Shown: one piece after another, positions 15,305 to 25,183 of the stretch
Layout: every line of letters begins with the position of its first letter
How positions within the stretch are numbered: position 1 is the first letter of the stretch
Virus record (IMG/VR): IMGVR_UViG_3300017917_002108
Coordinates: 64,001 to 128,000 of that record
Length of the DNA stretch: 64,000 nt
Reading direction: 5' to 3' (one strand)
Source: a virus
Notes under the pieces: model-generated
Told to the model about the DNA's origin: nothing
The model's database searches: none
Seen by the model: the letters and a program-made list of their open reading frames with translations, nothing else
Made by a program: the position numbers and the translations under genes

Positions 15305-17974
15305 ATGAGTTACGTTGACGCATTCTACGATCGCGACGACGACACAATCCGTGTTGTTGAACGTGATGACAAGGGTCAGAGGCATTTCAAAGATTACCCT
15401 GCCAAACATCTATTCTATTATAGAGATCCCAAAGGTAAATTCCAAAGCATTTATGGAGAACCGTTATCTAGGGTTTCATGTAAGAACATCAAAGAACTTC
15501 GCAAAGAACTTGCGATACATTCAAATAAAAAATTATACGAATCCGATATAAATCCTATCTATCGGTGTCTCGAAGATCATTATCTAAATCAAGATGCTCC
15601 TAAACTTAATGTAGCATTTTTTGACATCGAGGTAGACTTTGATCCAGAACGTGGTTATGCATCACCAGACGATGCATTCATGCCTATTACCGCTATCGCT
15701 GTTCATTTGCAATGGATGGATACTCTTGTATGCTTGGCTATTCCGCCTAAAACACTTTCCATGCAAGAAGCTAAAAAAGCCGTAGAAGAATTCCCCAATA
15801 CCATGTTGTTCGATAACGAAGCAGACATGTTAGACACATTCTTAGATCTCATACAAGATGCAGATGTATTAAGCGGTTGGAATTCAGAAGGCTTTGATAT
15901 TCCCTATACTGTTAATCGTGTTACCAAAGTTCTAAGCAAAGAAGACACACGTAGATTCTGTCTTTGGAATTGCTATCCCAAAAAACGTGAATATGAAAAG
16001 TATGGCAAAACTGCTGTTACCTATGATCTCATAGGTCGAGTACATCTAGACAGTCTCGAACTTTATAGAAAATATACCTATGAAGAACGACATACCTATC
16101 GATTAGATGCCATCGGTGAGATGGAAATTGGAGAAAATAAAACTGTCTATGAAGGCACATTAGATCAATTATACAATAATGACTTCAAAAAGTTTATTGA
16201 ATATAATAGACAAGATTGTGCATTGTTAGATAAACTTGATAAGAAACTAAAATTTTTAGATTTGGCCAATACACTGGCTCATGAATGTACTGTTCTACTA
16301 CAAACTACCATGGGGGCTGTGGCTGTTACTGAGCAAGCAATTATCAATGAAGCTCATAAACGAGGGATGATCGTTCCTAATCGTAAGAAGATGGATGAAC
16401 AAGGTGATACACAGGCCGCCGGTGCCTATGTGGCATATCCTAAGAAAGGCATACATGAGTGGATTGGTTCTCTTGATATTAATAGTCTTTATCCTTCTGC
16501 TATTAGAGCTTTGAATATGGGTCCAGAAACCATCGTAGGCCAATTGCGTCAAGACGGTACTAAGGCGCATATCGAATCCGAAATGGCCAAGGGAAAATCA
16601 TTTGCTGCTGCGTGGGAAGGGATGTTTGGTAGCGTAGAATACACATCGGTGATGTCTAAAGAAGTGGGTAGAGAAATTACTATCGATTGGGAAGAAGGTA
16701 ATCATGATACCCTAAGTGCTGCTCAAATTTATAATCTTATATTTGAATCAAATCAGCCGTGGATGATCTCCGCTAACGGTACTATCTTTACCTATGAGAA
16801 AGAAGGAATCATTCCAGGTCTGTTGAAACGTTGGTACGCTGAACGTAAAGACATGCAGAAGAAACTTAAAGAATCTATTGCAGCCGGTAATAAGATCGAA
16901 GAAGAATATTGGGACAAACGTCAGTTGGTCAAGAAAATTAACTTGAACAGTTTATATGGTGCTATTCTTAATCCTGGCTGTCGTTTCTTTGATAACAGAA
17001 TTGGACAATCAACAACATTGACAGGTCGAGCTATTGCTAAACATATGGCTGGTAAAGTCAATGAAATCATCACAGGTACATTTGATCATATAGGCAAGGC
17101 GATTATCTATGGTGACACTGACTCATGTTACTTTTCAGCATACAACACTCTTAAAAAAGACATAGACAAAGGTTCCATACCTTGGAGTAAAGAGAATATT
17201 ATTGAGCTCTATGATACCATAGGCGAAGAAGTAAATTCAACATTCCCTAAATTTATGCAGGATGCGTTTCATTGTCCTAAGACTCGAGGAGAAGTGATCA
17301 AGGCCGGTCGAGAAATTGTCGCATCAAAAGGACTTTTCATTACCAAGAAACGTTATGCTGTTCTTTACTATGACAAAGAAGGCAAGCGTCAAGATGTAGA
17401 CGGAAAGACTGGTAAGATCAAAGCCATGGGACTTGATCTCAAACGTTCGGATACTCCTGTGGTCATTCAAGACTTTTTAAGTGATGTACTGACTCGTGTT
17501 CTTAATGGTGAGAATCGAGATGATATTCTTACCTATATCACGGATTTCCGCACTGAGTTCAAGACCAGACCCGGTTGGGAGAAGGGTTCGCCTAAACGTG
17601 CCAACAACATTACAGAATACGCTGCCAAGGAAAAGAAAGCAGGCAAAGCCAATATGCCAGGGCATGTTCGTGCAAGTCTTAACTGGAATACTTTGAAACG
17701 TATGATGGATGACAAGTACTCAATGAACATAGTCGATGGTATGAAGGTCATTGTCTGTAAGATCAAAGACAATCCCATGGGCTATACTTCAGTGGCATAT
17801 CCTGTAGACGAACTTAGATTACCTCAGTGGTTCAAAGATATGCCGTTCAACGACGCAGAGATGGAAAATGCGATCATTGACGAAAAACTAGAAAACTTAA
17901 TTGGCGTTCTAGAATGGGACATCGGTTCGACAAGATCCGATAATAATTTCAACAAATTATTTGATTTTGAGTGA
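15305..17974 (+). CDS. polB: family B DNA polymerase (T4 gp43-like)
   Basis: Exo motifs FDIE, WNSEGFD, YNRQD; polymerase motifs DINSLYP, KKINLNSLYG, YGDTDS, KKRY. Start taken at ATG 15305 with SD GGAG. Confidence 0.96.
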   Translation: MSYVDAFYDRDDDTIRVVERDDKGQRHFKDYPAKHLFYYRDPKGKFQSIYGEPLSRVSCKNIKELRKELAIHSNKKLYESDINPIYRCLEDHYLNQDAPKLNVAFFDIEVDFDPERGYASPDDAFMPITAIAVHLQWMDTLVCLAIPPKTLSMQEAKKAVEEFPNTMLFDNEADMLDTFLDLIQDADVLSGWNSEGFDIPYTVNRVTKVLSKEDTRRFCLWNCYPKKREYEKYGKTAVTYDLIGRVHLDSLELYRKYTYEERHTYRLDAIGEMEIGENKTVYEGTLDQLYNNDFKKFIEYNRQDCALLDKLDKKLKFLDLANTLAHECTVLLQTTMGAVAVTEQAIINEAHKRGMIVPNRKKMDEQGDTQAAGAYVAYPKKGIHEWIGSLDINSLYPSAIRALNMGPETIVGQLRQDGTKAHIESEMAKGKSFAAAWEGMFGSVEYTSVMSKEVGREITIDWEEGNHDTLSAAQIYNLIFESNQPWMISANGTIFTYEKEGIIPGLLKRWYAERKDMQKKLKESIAAGNKIEEEYWDKRQLVKKINLNSLYGAILNPGCRFFDNRIGQSTTLTGRAIAKHMAGKVNEIITGTFDHIGKAIIYGDTDSCYFSAYNTLKKDIDKGSIPWSKENIIELYDTIGEEVNSTFPKFMQDAFHCPKTRGEVIKAGREIVASKGLFITKKRYAVLYYDKEGKRQDVDGKTGKIKAMGLDLKRSDTPVVIQDFLSDVLTRVLNGENRDDILTYITDFRTEFKTRPGWEKGSPKRANNITEYAAKEKKAGKANMPGHVRASLNWNTLKRMMDDKYSMNIVDGMKVIVCKIKDNPMGYTSVAYPVDELRLPQWFKDMPFNDAEMENAIIDEKLENLIGVLEWDIGSTRSDNNFNKLFDFE

Positions 17975-17982
17975 TTTCTAGG

Positions 17983-18011
17983 TTGCTTTTTACTCACGAT
18001 CTAAATATAAT
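17983..18011 (+). promoter_or_regulatory. sigma70-type promoter overlapping a TAAATA late motif
   Basis: TTGCTT-17 nt-TATAAT; TAAATA at 18002-18007. Confidence 0.6.
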
Positions 18012-18036
18012 CTTAATATACATGGAGACTCTCTAA

Positions 18037-18774
18037 ATGAAGGACATTTTACAAGACATCGTAAGCCATACACAAAATCTAGGCTTCTTAACCACAGTCA
18101 AAGTCACAGGCTCAGATGATAAGACACAGATCTTTTCTATGGCTGATGACAGATCGGTTATCATGGAGGCAGAAACTGCTAATCCATATTCGGATATGAT
18201 TGGTACTTTTGGTATGCCGCAGTTACAAAAGTTGAAATATCTCGTAGACGGTGCTGAATATCGTGACGAAGCTAAGATCAATATTACTTTTGCCGAAAGG
18301 AATGGCGAAACTATTCCTGTGGGTATTCACTTTGAAAACAAAGACGGCGACTTCAAGAACGACTATCGCTTTATGAATCAGGAAATCATCAACGAAAAGA
18401 TGAAGACCGTTAAGTTCCGCGGTGTTAAGTGGGACGTAGAGATTGAGCCAACTGTGGCAGCGGTACAGCGTTTTAACTTTCAAGCAGGTGCGCACAACGA
18501 ACATCCGACTTTTCTTGCCAAAACTGAGAATAGTAATCTAAAATTTATTTTTGGTGATGCATCAACTCATGCAGGTGAATTTATTTTTGCGCAGAATGTA
18601 GTAGGCAAACTGGACAGAGGTTGGACCTGGCCAGTGTTACCTATTCTAAGCATCCTTAAAATTGCCGATGTTAATAACACTAAAATGTCATTGAGTAACG
18701 AAGGTGCTATTCAGATCACTCTAGACAGCGGTCTTGCTACTTACAAATACATTATTCCAGCACAGGCGGCCTAA
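18037..18774 (+). CDS. putative sliding clamp (gp45/PCNA-like)
   Basis: 245 aa directly after polB; alternating beta/alpha pattern and C-terminal YKYIIPA typical of clamps. Confidence 0.62.
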   Translation: MKDILQDIVSHTQNLGFLTTVKVTGSDDKTQIFSMADDRSVIMEAETANPYSDMIGTFGMPQLQKLKYLVDGAEYRDEAKINITFAERNGETIPVGIHFENKDGDFKNDYRFMNQEIINEKMKTVKFRGVKWDVEIEPTVAAVQRFNFQAGAHNEHPTFLAKTENSNLKFIFGDASTHAGEFIFAQNVVGKLDRGWTWPVLPILSILKIADVNNTKMSLSNEGAIQITLDSGLATYKYIIPAQAA

Positions 18775-19142
18775 TGATTAATAACATTAGTAGTTCTAGC
18801 CAGCATCTCTATGCCGCAGGAGGTAGTTCAATGCCCTATGTGTCAGTGAATCATAATAATCCTTCATCAGGCATGTTACGTCTCAATGGTTCCGATATGG
18901 AAGTGTTTGACGGCAATACATGGATGAAAATTTATGCCAGTTCTGCCAACGTCGGCCTAAATAGTGATGCGGAACAGGCTGTTTCTTGGGCCATCAAACG
19001 TATGAAACAAGAAAAAGAGTGGTATGAGTTGGCTACAACTAATGAAGCAGTTCGTATAGCATTAGATCAGTTAGAACAGGCAAAGACAAGATTAGAACTC
19101 ACAACAATATTGGCAAAAGAACATGAACAGACAACCAGTTAA
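18774..19142 (+). CDS. hypothetical protein
   Basis: Coupled ORF (TAATG); GMLRLN..MEVFDG..W short motif. Confidence 0.7.
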   Translation: MINNISSSSQHLYAAGGSSMPYVSVNHNNPSSGMLRLNGSDMEVFDGNTWMKIYASSANVGLNSDAEQAVSWAIKRMKQEKEWYELATTNEAVRIALDQLEQAKTRLELTTILAKEHEQTTS

Positions 19143-20664
19143 TTTAACACCTTTACAGAAAGACTATGCCGTTTATCTACCTGCGATAAGTTGTTTCTTT
19201 TCTACCTATATCAGTAAACAGAGATTTGATAAATTTGTACCGGACGATAGGATTCCTCAGGGATTTGATCGTGGTATCGAAGGTATGAATTTTCTAAATC
19301 CTGAACAAGGGTATTTTACCTACAAGTATGGTCTGTATTCTGCGGGTCATGCACAATTAGATCTTGAAAAAACAATAATTCAAGATGCAATGATCCAAGA
19401 TAGAGATCGTAATAATACGGTAATCGTTGGCGATTCAGGTGGTTATCAAATTGGTAAAGGCGTTCTTAAATTTGATTGGCACAACTTCGAAGGCACAAGC
19501 GCCAATGCTACTAGAGATAAGATCCTCAATTGGCTCGAGCTGACCGCAGATTGGAGTATGTTGCTGGACGTCCCTACTTGGGCTAGTGATCACATACATA
19601 GTCCAAAAACCGGATTGAAAAGTTTTGAAGATTGTCTAAATAAGACTCTACACAATAATGACTACTTTATTCGTAATAGACTAGGACAGACTAAGTTTCT
19701 CAATGTCTTACAAGGCAGTGATTGGGAAACTGCACAAACTTGGTACGAAGCAGTAAAACATCTACCAACTGAAGGTTGGGCCATGGGTGGTAAGAACATG
19801 TGTGACATGGAAGTCGCACTCAAAAGACTTATCATCCTTCGTGATGACAAACTGTTAGATGATAGAAATTGGATGCACTTCTTAGGAACAGCTCAATTAG
19901 ATTGGAGTTGTTATCTAACCCTGATTCAAAGACAGATTAGGAAACATGTTAATGAAAACTTTACCATTTCTTTTGACTGCGCATCACCCTTCATTGCAAC
20001 CGCACACGGACTTGTCTACACCAACGCCCAACACACTAACAAACGCTGGTCAGTCATCATGGACAAAGCCCCAGACAACAAAGCCCTTAGCCAGGCTTTT
20101 AATGTCCCCTTTCCGTTCGAATCAGAAATCGGACGTAGATTGTCAATCGGAGACATTTGCTGGTATAAACCGGGCATGTTGAATAAGGTTGGCAAAGAAG
20201 GTAAGACATCGTGGGATAGTTTTGGTTATGCGCTAATGATGGCACATAATACATACTGCCATATTGTTGCTGTACAACGTGCTAATCAATTGATGGATAT
20301 CGAAACAACAAAGATCAGTCCTAACTGGCGCCAATGGAAGAATCTCAAAGACATGGACAAAAGCGATGAATATTCCGAATGGGTTCCTCGCAATATTCTA
20401 TACTTCCATAATTTTGTAGAAGAATTATTCAAGAGCGAAACTCCTATGCAGATGATTGAAGATGCTAGACCCATGTTGAATAAAATGATGGGCATGCGCC
20501 TACGTGGTGGTAACGCTAATAACACTTTTAACAAACATTTTGAAAGTGAAGAAATCGTACTAGATAAGTCAGTGTCACAGGTATCGGCCATGCCAGTACT
20601 AGATGAAGATAAATTGGATGAGCTTGCTCATGAGTTTTTAGAACAGGAGGCTAATAATGTATGA
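19123..20664 (+). CDS. dpdA: TGT-fold transglycosylase, DpdA-like 7-deazaguanine insertion enzyme
   Basis: TGT motifs GDSGGYQ, LDVP, VLQG, HFLG, SFDCASPF, HN; located near folE, queE, a queD-like gene and polB. Confidence 0.75.
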   Translation: MNRQPVNLTPLQKDYAVYLPAISCFFSTYISKQRFDKFVPDDRIPQGFDRGIEGMNFLNPEQGYFTYKYGLYSAGHAQLDLEKTIIQDAMIQDRDRNNTVIVGDSGGYQIGKGVLKFDWHNFEGTSANATRDKILNWLELTADWSMLLDVPTWASDHIHSPKTGLKSFEDCLNKTLHNNDYFIRNRLGQTKFLNVLQGSDWETAQTWYEAVKHLPTEGWAMGGKNMCDMEVALKRLIILRDDKLLDDRNWMHFLGTAQLDWSCYLTLIQRQIRKHVNENFTISFDCASPFIATAHGLVYTNAQHTNKRWSVIMDKAPDNKALSQAFNVPFPFESEIGRRLSIGDICWYKPGMLNKVGKEGKTSWDSFGYALMMAHNTYCHIVAVQRANQLMDIETTKISPNWRQWKNLKDMDKSDEYSEWVPRNILYFHNFVEELFKSETPMQMIEDARPMLNKMMGMRLRGGNANNTFNKHFESEEIVLDKSVSQVSAMPVLDEDKLDELAHEFLEQEANNV

Positions 20665-20866
20665 AAATCGAATCAAGCATTTACAAGAATCACATCGACT
20701 TCTTGACAATCAAATTGAAACATTGATGAAAAATGGACTCTATGAAGATCTAAAACTAGAAGAATTGAAGAAACAAAGGTTGCTTTTCAAGGACGAAATT
20801 GCTAGACTTACTAGACTGCAATGGGAACATGATCACGAAACCGTAGATTATGACGAAGAAAGATAA
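20657..20866 (+). CDS. DUF465/YdcH-like small coiled-coil protein
   Basis: H..LD.QI...LKKQRL.FKDEI pattern; SD GGAGG. Confidence 0.65.
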   Translation: MYENRIKHLQESHRLLDNQIETLMKNGLYEDLKLEELKKQRLLFKDEIARLTRLQWEHDHETVDYDEER

Positions 20867-21059
20867 TATGATTTTACTTAGAAAAGATATAACACAGATT
20901 CAAAATATCCTAGATAAATTTCCCAACATATCTAGTTTTGAAATCAATCAAGACAATAGCAGTGGCATTGGCTCAGTAGTCACCATGACATTCGATCATC
21001 AGATAGAAGATATTCAAGGATCTTTTACTGTAGAAATTTCAGGCATAGAAAGTTGGTAA
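20850..21059 (+). CDS. hypothetical protein
   Basis: Overlapping ORF in the operon. Confidence 0.6.
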   Translation: MTKKDNMILLRKDITQIQNILDKFPNISSFEINQDNSSGIGSVVTMTFDHQIEDIQGSFTVEISGIESW

Positions 21060-21061
21060 TC

Positions 21062-21469
21062 ATGTATACAGAAGAACAATACGAAGAATTTCAAAATCGT
21101 ATGCACGAACGTTTTCCTAAAATGTTTGCGGGAAAATATGGCGGCTTTGCCTGTGCACCAGGTTGGTGGCCTATGCTAGAAAATCTTTGCGAAGTTATAC
21201 AATCTCATATTGATCATAAAAAGGGCGAATGCTCTCAGGTTATCGTAGAACAAATCAAAGAAAAGTTTGGCACACTAAGATTTTATGTCAGCGGCGGTGA
21301 CGAATATACCAACGGTGCTATTTCTCTAGCAGAAAGCCTAAGCGGACATATGTGTGAGGAATGCGGTGCTCCTGGTAAGCGTGTCAGCGGAGGCTGGATT
21401 AAAACACTGTGCGAATTTCATATAGCCGAAAAAGAAGCACTTAAGGCTAATACTGTTAAGGAAGATTAA
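21062..21469 (+). CDS. hypothetical protein with C-terminal zinc-ribbon-like motif
   Basis: QIKEKFGTLRFY and CEECG...TLCEFH motifs. Confidence 0.7.
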   Translation: MYTEEQYEEFQNRMHERFPKMFAGKYGGFACAPGWWPMLENLCEVIQSHIDHKKGECSQVIVEQIKEKFGTLRFYVSGGDEYTNGAISLAESLSGHMCEECGAPGKRVSGGWIKTLCEFHIAEKEALKANTVKED

Positions 21470-22026
21470 TGAAAAGAGATTACTCGTCCGGAGTATCTGA
21501 CAATATCACCTTCTTTACAGGTGTTGAAATTGAACGGACTCCTGCATATCAAATGAAAACTCTATTTGTTGTAGGAGTTCATGATCCGTACGACATCCTA
21601 GAAATAGTAACAGAAAGTAGATCATATTTAGACGAGTCTAAGCATATTCGTCATATCTATTTTGGTGCCAACCAAAGTTTTAAGACCAGCGGTGTAAACG
21701 ATGTCGAAACTTGGCGTTCGTGGGAAAATATGATTTATGTATGTCTAGATTCTAAATATGATCTTTGGTGTACTCTAGATTTTGATGTATCCGAAACGGA
21801 GGGATTGCTAGAAAGCGGTCTTACCGAAAAGCGTAGATTTATTCCGCAAATTAGTGTAAAATTACCTTATATTAATCAACTAGGCTATAACGCTACACTG
21901 AAGATAGACGACAAAGATTTTTGTGCAACTAATCCTGGGGTATGGTGCCATAACCTACAGGATCTAATGGGTAGAGATAAGTTTACCGATTGGGATCAAT
22001 ATGGCAAGGACGAGATAATCAAATGA
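21469..22026 (+). CDS. conserved hypothetical protein in the deazaguanine cluster
   Basis: 185 aa; FTGVEIE, HIYFGANQSF, KIDDKDF.ATNPGVWCH; lies between dpdA and the queD-like gene. Confidence 0.72.
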   Translation: MKRDYSSGVSDNITFFTGVEIERTPAYQMKTLFVVGVHDPYDILEIVTESRSYLDESKHIRHIYFGANQSFKTSGVNDVETWRSWENMIYVCLDSKYDLWCTLDFDVSETEGLLESGLTEKRRFIPQISVKLPYINQLGYNATLKIDDKDFCATNPGVWCHNLQDLMGRDKFTDWDQYGKDEIIK

Positions 22027-22376
22027 GTGGTTATGGACAAGCGATAGGTTATACTAATCAGGCAAAAGTGTCTGCGATTAGACCTGCTCGTAAAGTGAGG
22101 AAACAAAAAGTGAAACTTACATTGAAACAACGATTTCGCAATTGGTTAAATGACACTGAAGAGGCCGATGTTCCTCAATTAGTAGAGTCAGATAGATTGT
22201 CTAGTGAAGGTATGCGTCTGCAGGTTCATAGAGCCAATGGCGGTTATGTTATAGAAACTCGTCACTATGACCATCAAAAAGATCGACACTATAATAATAT
22301 CCATATCATCACAGACAGCGACGATCTAGGAAATAAATTAGGTCAAATCATAATGATGGAGGCATTGAAGCGATGA
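22023..22376 (+). CDS. hypothetical protein
   Basis: ATG 22023 overlapping the upstream stop. Confidence 0.65.
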   Translation: MSGYGQAIGYTNQAKVSAIRPARKVRKQKVKLTLKQRFRNWLNDTEEADVPQLVESDRLSSEGMRLQVHRANGGYVIETRHYDHQKDRHYNNIHIITDSDDLGNKLGQIIMMEALKR

Positions 22377-22576
22377 AAGAATTTACAGTAAAAGAAAATC
22401 AGGGTTTTAGATTACGTGTAAAGAGTTGGAAGTGTCTCAGTCCTTCTAATCTAAATAGCATCGAATTTATAAATGAATCTCTAAACGAAGAGGGAGAAGT
22501 AACAACTGCATCAACATATAATTTCTTTATGGATGACATAGAAATCAAAACTCTGTGCGAAGGAATGCTTAAGTGA
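22373..22576 (+). CDS. hypothetical protein
   Basis: Coupled ORF; SD GGAGG. Confidence 0.6.
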   Translation: MKEFTVKENQGFRLRVKSWKCLSPSNLNSIEFINESLNEEGEVTTASTYNFFMDDIEIKTLCEGMLK

Positions 22577-22968
22577 TTATCAGACAAGATGTACGCCCAC
22601 ATAAAATGATTTGGGTGACCTTTCGAAAAGAAGGTATCCACAAATATCCGGCAGCCGCAACAGATCCTAATCTAGCAACAGGAGATGAATATGATGTTTC
22701 GTTTTTGGCTAATCCTCATCGCCATATTTTTCACTTTAGGGTTTGGCTTAGTGTCACCCACAATGATAGAGATGTGGAATTTATACAATTCAAGCGATGG
22801 CTCGAAAAACTGTATTCTAGCAACGAAGGTGTACTGTCGCTAGATTATAAAAGTTGTGAGATGATGAGCGACGATTTATATGCTCAGATTCACGCAAAGT
22901 ATCCAGATCGTGAGGTTTGGATTGAGGTCTCCGAAGACGGAGAAAATGGTTCGTTTATCAAATACTAA
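22573..22968 (+). CDS. QueD-like T-fold protein with LxxxHRHxF motif (DpdL-like candidate CDG decarboxylase)
   Basis: H near the N-terminus (EGIH); LANPHRHIF in place of QueD CxxxHGH; SCE and VSEDGEN T-fold motifs. Confidence 0.7.
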   Translation: MIIRQDVRPHKMIWVTFRKEGIHKYPAAATDPNLATGDEYDVSFLANPHRHIFHFRVWLSVTHNDRDVEFIQFKRWLEKLYSSNEGVLSLDYKSCEMMSDDLYAQIHAKYPDREVWIEVSEDGENGSFIKY

Positions 22969-22981
22969 TAAGGAAATAAAA

Positions 22982-23236
22982 ATGGCTCGTAACTACAAGG
23001 ACATCGATTATTTTGCAAGTCGTCCTGATGTTGTGAAAGTCTGGGATGATCTAGACGCCTATCTCGACTATTGTCGATTTGAACTCTGTGAGTTCAACCC
23101 TGCAGATCTTTATCGTAAGGATTCTGCTAATTACCAATCTTACCTAGCAAGTAAGCGACCACGTAGGCCATATCAAGGTAACAAGCCTCGCTGGGATAAC
23201 AACGGAAGACGCAATGGTCAAAGTTTTTCTCGTTGA
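22982..23236 (+). CDS. hypothetical protein
   Basis: ATG 22982 with SD AAGGA; Arg-rich C-terminus. Confidence 0.7.
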   Translation: MARNYKDIDYFASRPDVVKVWDDLDAYLDYCRFELCEFNPADLYRKDSANYQSYLASKRPRRPYQGNKPRWDNNGRRNGQSFSR

Positions 23237-24314
23237 TCTAGAAGCTGTTGAAACAAGGTACACAGGCGAGTGGAAAAACCACTTGCCTGCCCTGTTAAGA
23301 AAGAGAGGACACGATGTTCAAATTATCTCTGGTCCTACGGACATTCCTAGTGCCACTACTCCTGGCGCCTTTCTTAATTTTGGCGGGACTAATATCTATA
23401 AGTCTAGCCAAGTTGAGCAGATGGGCCGTTTATTTTGTGACGGAGCCATTCATCCCGGCGATCACTTTATTTTTACTGATGCTTGGCATCCTGGTATCAT
23501 AAATCTAAAGTACATGAGTGAATTACTTGGCATTCCTGTCAAGATTCACGCACTATGGCATGCCGGTAGTTATGATCCCCAAGACTTCTTAGGACGACTC
23601 GTTGGCAACAAGCCTTGGGTGAGACATGCTGAGAAATCTTTCTTTTCAGCTATCGACTATAATTATTTTGCCACAAATTTTCATATCGAACTCTTTGTGA
23701 GAAATTTACTCAACGACGGAACCTGTGAAAATCCATATCTCAACGAGGATCTAGAAGAAATCATCGACGGAGGGTGGCCAAATATTGTAAGAAGTGGATG
23801 GCCGATGGAATATATGGCAGATGCATTAGCCATGTATAAAAATATGCCGAAGCGAAATCTAATACTTTTTCCGCATAGGCTGGCTCCTGAAAAACAATTA
23901 CCGATATTTCAAGATCTAAAAGAGCATCTTCCTCAATATGAATTCAAAATCTGTCAAGAATATCCTTTGACAAAAAATGAATATCATAATATGTTAGGAG
24001 AAGCTAAATTAGTGTTCTCAGCTAATCTACAGGAAACACTAGGTATCAGTTGGTATGAAGGTGCTCTAGTAGATGCTATCCCAATGGTTCCGAACAGACT
24101 CAGCTATAAAGAAATGGCTTTGGACACATTTGTTTATCCCAGCGAATGGACTGAATCTTTCGAAGCATATACCGTATACAGGAAAGAAATCTGTCATAAG
24201 ATAATCCAGTATATGGAAAATTATGAAAAATTTTTACCAAGCCTAAATAAACAGGTAGATATATTAACTAAAAATTTCTTTAGTTGCGATAATCTATTAG
24301 AGATGTTAAAATAA
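23214..24314 (+). CDS. GT-B fold glycosyltransferase (GT4-like)
   Basis: FPHRLAPEK and ETLGISWYE (EX7E) motifs. Confidence 0.8.
   Translation: MVKVFLVDLEAVETRYTGEWKNHLPALLRKRGHDVQIISGPTDIPSATTPGAFLNFGGTNIYKSSQVEQMGRLFCDGAIHPGDHFIFTDAWHPGIINLKYMSELLGIPVKIHALWHAGSYDPQDFLGRLVGNKPWVRHAEKSFFSAIDYNYFATNFHIELFVRNLLNDGTCENPYLNEDLEEIIDGGWPNIVRSGWPMEYMADALAMYKNMPKRNLILFPHRLAPEKQLPIFQDLKEHLPQYEFKICQEYPLTKNEYHNMLGEAKLVFSANLQETLGISWYEGALVDAIPMVPNRLSYKEMALDTFVYPSEWTESFEAYTVYRKEICHKIIQYMENYEKFLPSLNKQVDILTKNFFSCDNLLEMLK
24284..24312 (+). promoter_or_regulatory. sigma70-type promoter for folE
   Basis: TTGCGA-17 nt-TAAAAT with extended -10 TGn. Confidence 0.6.
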
Positions 24315-24349
24315 TATGTCATCCACGACTATAACTCGGAGAATAACAA

Positions 24350-25183
24350 TTGACAAAATTCATACCAGATCCTGTGCTTAACACAGAGATTAACAGAGAA
24401 TTTAAAAAAGATGAATACGAGCCGCTAGGCAAACCGGTATATGTAAAAAAAGAAACTGCTCTAGATGCTATGGCAGGTGATGGTGGATATGAAGAAGCAT
24501 ATCTCGGTGACCATTTGCGTTTTAAAATGAAACGTGAAGGTAAGCGTTTTTGGGCCGGTGACAACATCAGTGACTTTTTACGCGAAGGTGATAAAGAGCG
24601 TCTAATCGACGAAGCAACAGAGGCATTTGAACTAGTGCTTGATCGTTTACTGATTGATCGAGAAAACGATCCCAACAGCAAAGGTACAGCACGTAGATTG
24701 GCTAAGATGTATTTTAATGAAATCATGTCAGGAAGATATGATTCTCTACCGGACGCAACTGCGTTCCCTAATGATACCGAGGAAAGATATGAAGGCATGT
24801 TGGTTGTTCGTAGTGAGTTGCGTAGTATGTGCTCTCATCATCACCAGCCCGTGGTTGGTGTTGCTTATATTGGCATTATTGCCGCTAGTAAACTTATCGG
24901 CCTATCTAAGTACACACGTATCGCACAGTGGTGTGCAAGACGTGGTACTCTCCAGGAGGAGCTTTGTAATGATATTGCTAGGGAGATCGAACGTGCCACA
25001 GGAGCCAAAGACCTAGGAGTCTATGTTCAGGCCACACATGGTTGTTGCGAGAATAGAGGTATTATGGCACATAGTAGTCTAACACAAACTACTGTGTTAA
25101 AAGGCGCCTTCAAAGAAGATGCAGGTACAAAGAAAGAATTCTTTGATAATATTAAAATGCAACAGGAGTTTGCCCCAAGATGA
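24350..25183 (+). CDS. folE: GTP cyclohydrolase I
   Basis: TARRLAKM, SMCSHH, IGLSK..RI, LQE, HGCCENRG motifs; TTG start with SD GGAG; N-terminal extension. Confidence 0.94.
   Translation: MTKFIPDPVLNTEINREFKKDEYEPLGKPVYVKKETALDAMAGDGGYEEAYLGDHLRFKMKREGKRFWAGDNISDFLREGDKERLIDEATEAFELVLDRLLIDRENDPNSKGTARRLAKMYFNEIMSGRYDSLPDATAFPNDTEERYEGMLVVRSELRSMCSHHHQPVVGVAYIGIIAASKLIGLSKYTRIAQWCARRGTLQEELCNDIAREIERATGAKDLGVYVQATHGCCENRGIMAHSSLTQTTVLKGAFKEDAGTKKEFFDNIKMQQEFAPR

Noticed and set aside
19123-20664. Ordinary tRNA-guanine transglycosylase (tgt)
   Set aside because: It is much longer and more divergent than bacterial Tgt, lacks the CxCxxC zinc motif, and sits beside the DNA polymerase; a DNA/nucleotide-directed DpdA-like role fits better, though this is unproven.
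24316-24342. Canonical preQ1-I riboswitch before folE
   Set aside because: The stems are too short and the consensus loop and A-tract do not match; reported only as a speculative novel structure.
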